From contig MU271201.1 in the NCBI GenBank assembly GCA_021432655.1, positions 110,429 to 149,768 of the forward strand: a stretch of DNA of 39,340 bases, in the 5' to 3' direction. How positions within the stretch are numbered: the first letter of the stretch is position 1; each line of letters starts with the position of its first letter. A program made the translations under genes and the position numbers. The notes below the pieces were generated by a model that did no database searches, was not told where the DNA came from, and saw nothing but the letters and a program-made list of their open reading frames with translations. Below, one piece after another: positions 35,713 to 39,340 of this stretch. The stretch is from Atractiella rhizophila. Lineage: Eukaryota.

Positions 35713-36399
35713 CTTGAGATGGGGGCTGCTGAAATTAATTTGCGTGCTCGCCTAGCCTTTTAAAGATCTGTCGACGGGGCGGGAACCCCTCTTCGACCCG
35801 CTGACCGGAGAATATAGAAAGTGAAAACACTGCGGTTTCTTGGAATCGTCCACCAGTTCCAATGCAATACAATGAGGAAGACAGGAGCTTCCGTGGGATC
35901 CCAAGTTTTCTCGATAAGTGCGAGGACGTGCTCGATCAAGTCCCATCGGGTTGGTACACCACACCGTTCATTCTAACATGTACGAGGCAGGTGACGAGCC
36001 GAATAGTCAGATATGATTGGTGTTACGTCGGTGGTAACAGAACCGATTGCCCAGTCTGCGCGGGGAGCGGAGCATGTTTCCCGATGCCTGCTGCATTTTG
36101 ACATTCATATTCAAGACCGTTCAACAAGCAACAGCTTTCCGAGATGAACCAAGGCGATGCAGATAACAAAAACATTGTTACACTTTATGTTAGAAACAAT
36201 GGCCGAGAGGAATTGAACGTTGATTGTGGAGGAGCATGATGACTAAGGATTTCGTGATCGTCTCCCTTTCGGCTTTAATGACGATGTGCAAAAAGAGGGA
36301 GTTATCCGATAGAGGGTCAAGATTAGGCGGTCTCCGTCAGGAAAACCCTTGTCGCCCGTTCCTTCACCAACCTTTGCTCAAACAAACATGAACCGTTTG

Positions 36400-37294
36400 A
36401 AAGGGCCAAGGGAATATTCTTATGTGGAGCTTGACAATGTTACCCAAAGGCTATTGATCTCTTCCGCGAGGCTCGAAGCACTGAGACGGCTCTGAGAGAC
36501 TTGGTGTCAATAATATCCGTTTTCATCGGCGGTTGATTAGAAATCTTTCGCTGTGAGTATTGCATGTACCTTCACCAGTTTGGTCGTCGAGGGCATCAGT
36601 GTCCGTCTGATCTGTGAAGCAAGGTGATCTCTCTCGCCAAAGAAAAAAACATTTGGAGAAAGTCTATTGGCAGTGCGAGCTTAGAAGCTGTACATTCTGT
36701 TAGCGTTCAGCTCAATGTTACCCTTCGATTAGAAAGTGCTGAGCGTTGAATTGAACAGCATATCACATCTCGTAACGTAAAAGGGTGATTCCCAAAGAAC
36801 TACGTTTGAAAATCGAATAGGTGGCAATGCGCGCATTGTCACAGGGCAGTCTTGGAGACACGTGTAGGAAGTTCCAAGTTGAACAAACGTGGCTGATACG
36901 TAGATATTGAACAACGCGCTGTTTCTCGCCGGGTTTGTCTTTAGTAAGTAACCGCCACTCCCTCCCCCCTTCGTACATGGCCTCATCCACCCTCCCATAA
37001 CTTATGTGGGTATTACTTAGACATGCTGCCCGCCATAACGCTTTGAACACGATTGCATCCTTTTCCACAAGAGTGGTTGGAATTTCCACCAATATTCTTT
37101 TCGCCTAGCTTCCACCAATCAACTTCAAAGTTGGGGATGCGTTCTAGCCCATGCAATGTTACATTGAACGTGATGAAAAATGCAGGTTCGTGGTAACTTC
37201 TCAGAAATATGGTCCTATCGAAGGCATTGCAATATATCGAACAAGTTCTATGTAAGTGCTCAGTAAGTTTGACGATGCTCATGTGCGTCAACAC
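36400..37294 (-). pseudogene. Unassigned protein-like fragments in overlapping frames, possibly a decayed gene
   Basis: Adjacent ORFs 37013..37294 and 36763..37092 overlap in different frames. I recognise no motif. Confidence 0.25.
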
Positions 37295-37773
37295 CGTGTT
37301 CTTCTCATATAGATTGTCTAAGAAATCATGTTTGAGTTGAAAAGTTCAACATAAGATTTGAAATATCTGGAGATGCTCAATGTTAGCTCATAGCATTTCA
37401 CGCGCTACTAATAACGCGCATGTTACACACTCTAAGATTTGATCTTCGCGAGCTTGAACGAAGACACGCACTTTGTTCCAGAGTGAAATAAATTTCGTTG
37501 TGCTCTCACGTGCGTGCAGGCCAACTCATACACCAAGCCGCTGAGCAGTGCATTCCGTTCTTCGGACGCGTTTGGAGCTTTGGAGCAGAAAGGGATGGGT
37601 TCTCTGATGGGCTATCCTCGTTGTAATCACTTGGTAGTATTTCATGAGTGGTTAGCATCGGGATACCCTAACCCTAGTCTGTTGGTGAGATCTCACCTGA
37701 TCTCAAACGCAACAGAGGCAGACGACCAGTGAATACCACGATAGAAGCAGATTCGAATAGATTCTAAAGCAAC

Positions 37774-38253
37774 ATGCAGAAGCTGAAATCGCTCCCCGTC
37801 CTCACCTTCTCCTCGTCGTCACCGACGACCTCCGCGCCTTCTCCCTCGAACGCCCTTCCCTCGCCGCTCTCTCCAGGCAACGGCGCAGGTTCCCGCTCAG
37901 GATCGCGCGCGGGATCACGTTCTCGGAGGCCCGGGACGCCGAAGGAGAAGGACAGTCGAGCGCGGAGCGTGTCCCCGAGTCCTTTTAGGAGGAGCTTTGG
38001 GAGCTTGAGTCAGGCGATCAGGGGGGAGAGGGAGAGGGAGAGGGAGAGCGTGGATAGTGGTGCGGAAAGCGATGGGGAGAGCGTGGTGGGAGCGATGATG
38101 AGAGAAAGGAGGGGTGGCGAGGAGAGCGATAGTGATAGTGATAGTCGGGACGGCGATTTTGAGAGGGTGGACGGGCAGAGCAGTTCGGAGAGCGAGGAGG
38201 AGTGGACGGAGGAGGTTAAGGGTAATACTGAGGTGTGTTTCATTTTCGGTTGA
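37774..38253 (+). CDS. First exon of a hypothetical Ser/Arg/acidic low-complexity protein; downstream exons not resolved
   Basis: ATG in CAACATG context, 159 open GC-rich codons and a GTGTGT donor near 38233. Confidence 0.55.
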   Translation: MQKLKSLPVLTFSSSSPTTSAPSPSNALPSPLSPGNGAGSRSGSRAGSRSRRPGTPKEKDSRARSVSPSPFRRSFGSLSQAIRGERERERESVDSGAESDGESVVGAMMRERRGGEESDSDSDSRDGDFERVDGQSSSESEEEWTEEVKGNTEVCFIFG

Positions 38254-39340
38254 TCAGGTCTGTATCGTGAAGAAAGGAATTTGTGCTTTTGGTGGAACAT
38301 TTCGCACTCCTCAGTGTTCTGATTTTGGTGCCAGCAGTATCGGCAAGCCACTCTTTTAGTGTCGTGGTCTGAGCAGATTTTCGAACCCTTCATGTAGGAC
38401 ATGAGAATGTTTGCTATCGTGTGATCAACTGTCTTAATTAGCTGTTGAGTTTACTATGTTAGCAACAAAGGAAGTTCCTTCGAACTTGCCTCCTCTTTCG
38501 CGCGCTGCAGATGGGAGGCTTGTGCGAACAGATCTGGAATCTGTCTCGCAAGAGCCAAATCTGCTCCACTTGATCTAACGGGCAACGAAGCAAAATGTAC
38601 ATGTGACAAATTCGAAGTTTACGAGCTTTGTCTTAGCGATCAACATTTGGGTTGACCCTCTGTCGAACTTCATTTTGTTAAGAAGAAACGCTTTTGTTCC
38701 AAGTTGCGCAAGCGAGCATGAAGTGGGTGTTTAGTCCCTTGAATTCTGTGTCAGGGCCCTTCAATATTGGTGACATGAAGTCTTTTGGATGGCATTATCG
38801 GACGCCACCTTGCGAAGCAGTGTTTAAGTTCTCCGTTCGTATGAGCTATACATGAGTCCTGACCTTGCTTTGCTACGTCTGCTCTTTTGAAGCAAAGAAT
38901 GAGAGCAGAACAGATGGTACGCTACGATCTGTGATCTCCACGTCTGCAATCGTTGGCGTCAATCGCCAATCGATAACCTGCAATGATACGACTGGACCGT
39001 TGAGATGTTATAGGCATGCATCACAAGGCAGCAAGGCAGACTGACAGAATTTCTGTGGCGTTCGCCCTTCCTCAGGAACATTGGCAATACCGTGGTGTTT
39101 GCAGTGCTCCTTCCGGATCATTTCATGTGCAATTGCTCCGCGCACACATCCTGTGCTTAACTTCCGATCATCCAAGAGAACTGTCGGAGAGCAGTCCGCT
39201 CTTCTATCCTCACTCCTCCGCGCGAGTCCTCCACTGATGGGGAGGGAATCAGGCGAACGCATCTTCCATGTCACCGATCGACTTTCTGCTTCAACAAAGC
39301 GCGCAAGAATTGCCGATCCAAGACGGACCGAACCTTCTGC

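Noticed and set aside
38400..39340. Possible minus-strand gene 3' portion
   Set aside because: Some splice-like signals are present but I could not build a consistent exon chain or recognise a motif.

Overview
Eukaryotic, intron-rich fungal DNA. Short introns with GTGCGT/GTTCGT/GTTTGT donors suggest a basidiomycete, possibly Pucciniomycotina (inference). 1-11.7 kb: an erythromycin-esterase-family gene head-to-head with an intact meiotic kleisin gene (REC8), two hypothetical membrane-protein genes and a Ser/Thr-rich secreted-protein gene. Two separate tandem duplications (about 2.0 and 1.35 kb) each copy a divergent promoter plus the 5' ends of both flanking genes. One of them yields a possible 103-aa Rec8 N-terminal-only protein. 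12-26.3 kb: a transposon island. It holds a decayed Gypsy element with a possibly spliced antisense gene, AT-rich hypermutated patches, an RTC4-like pseudogene split by a solo LTR, and a four-element LTR/Copia nest whose target-site duplications (TSDs) are all readable. 26.4-39.3 kb: a CoA-binding protein, a frameshifted beta-helix protein, an intron-containing tRNA-Met, a low-complexity hypothetical protein, a GMC (alcohol oxidase-like) oxidoreductase and unassigned coding fragments. All exon models and family calls were made by eye; no searches were run.
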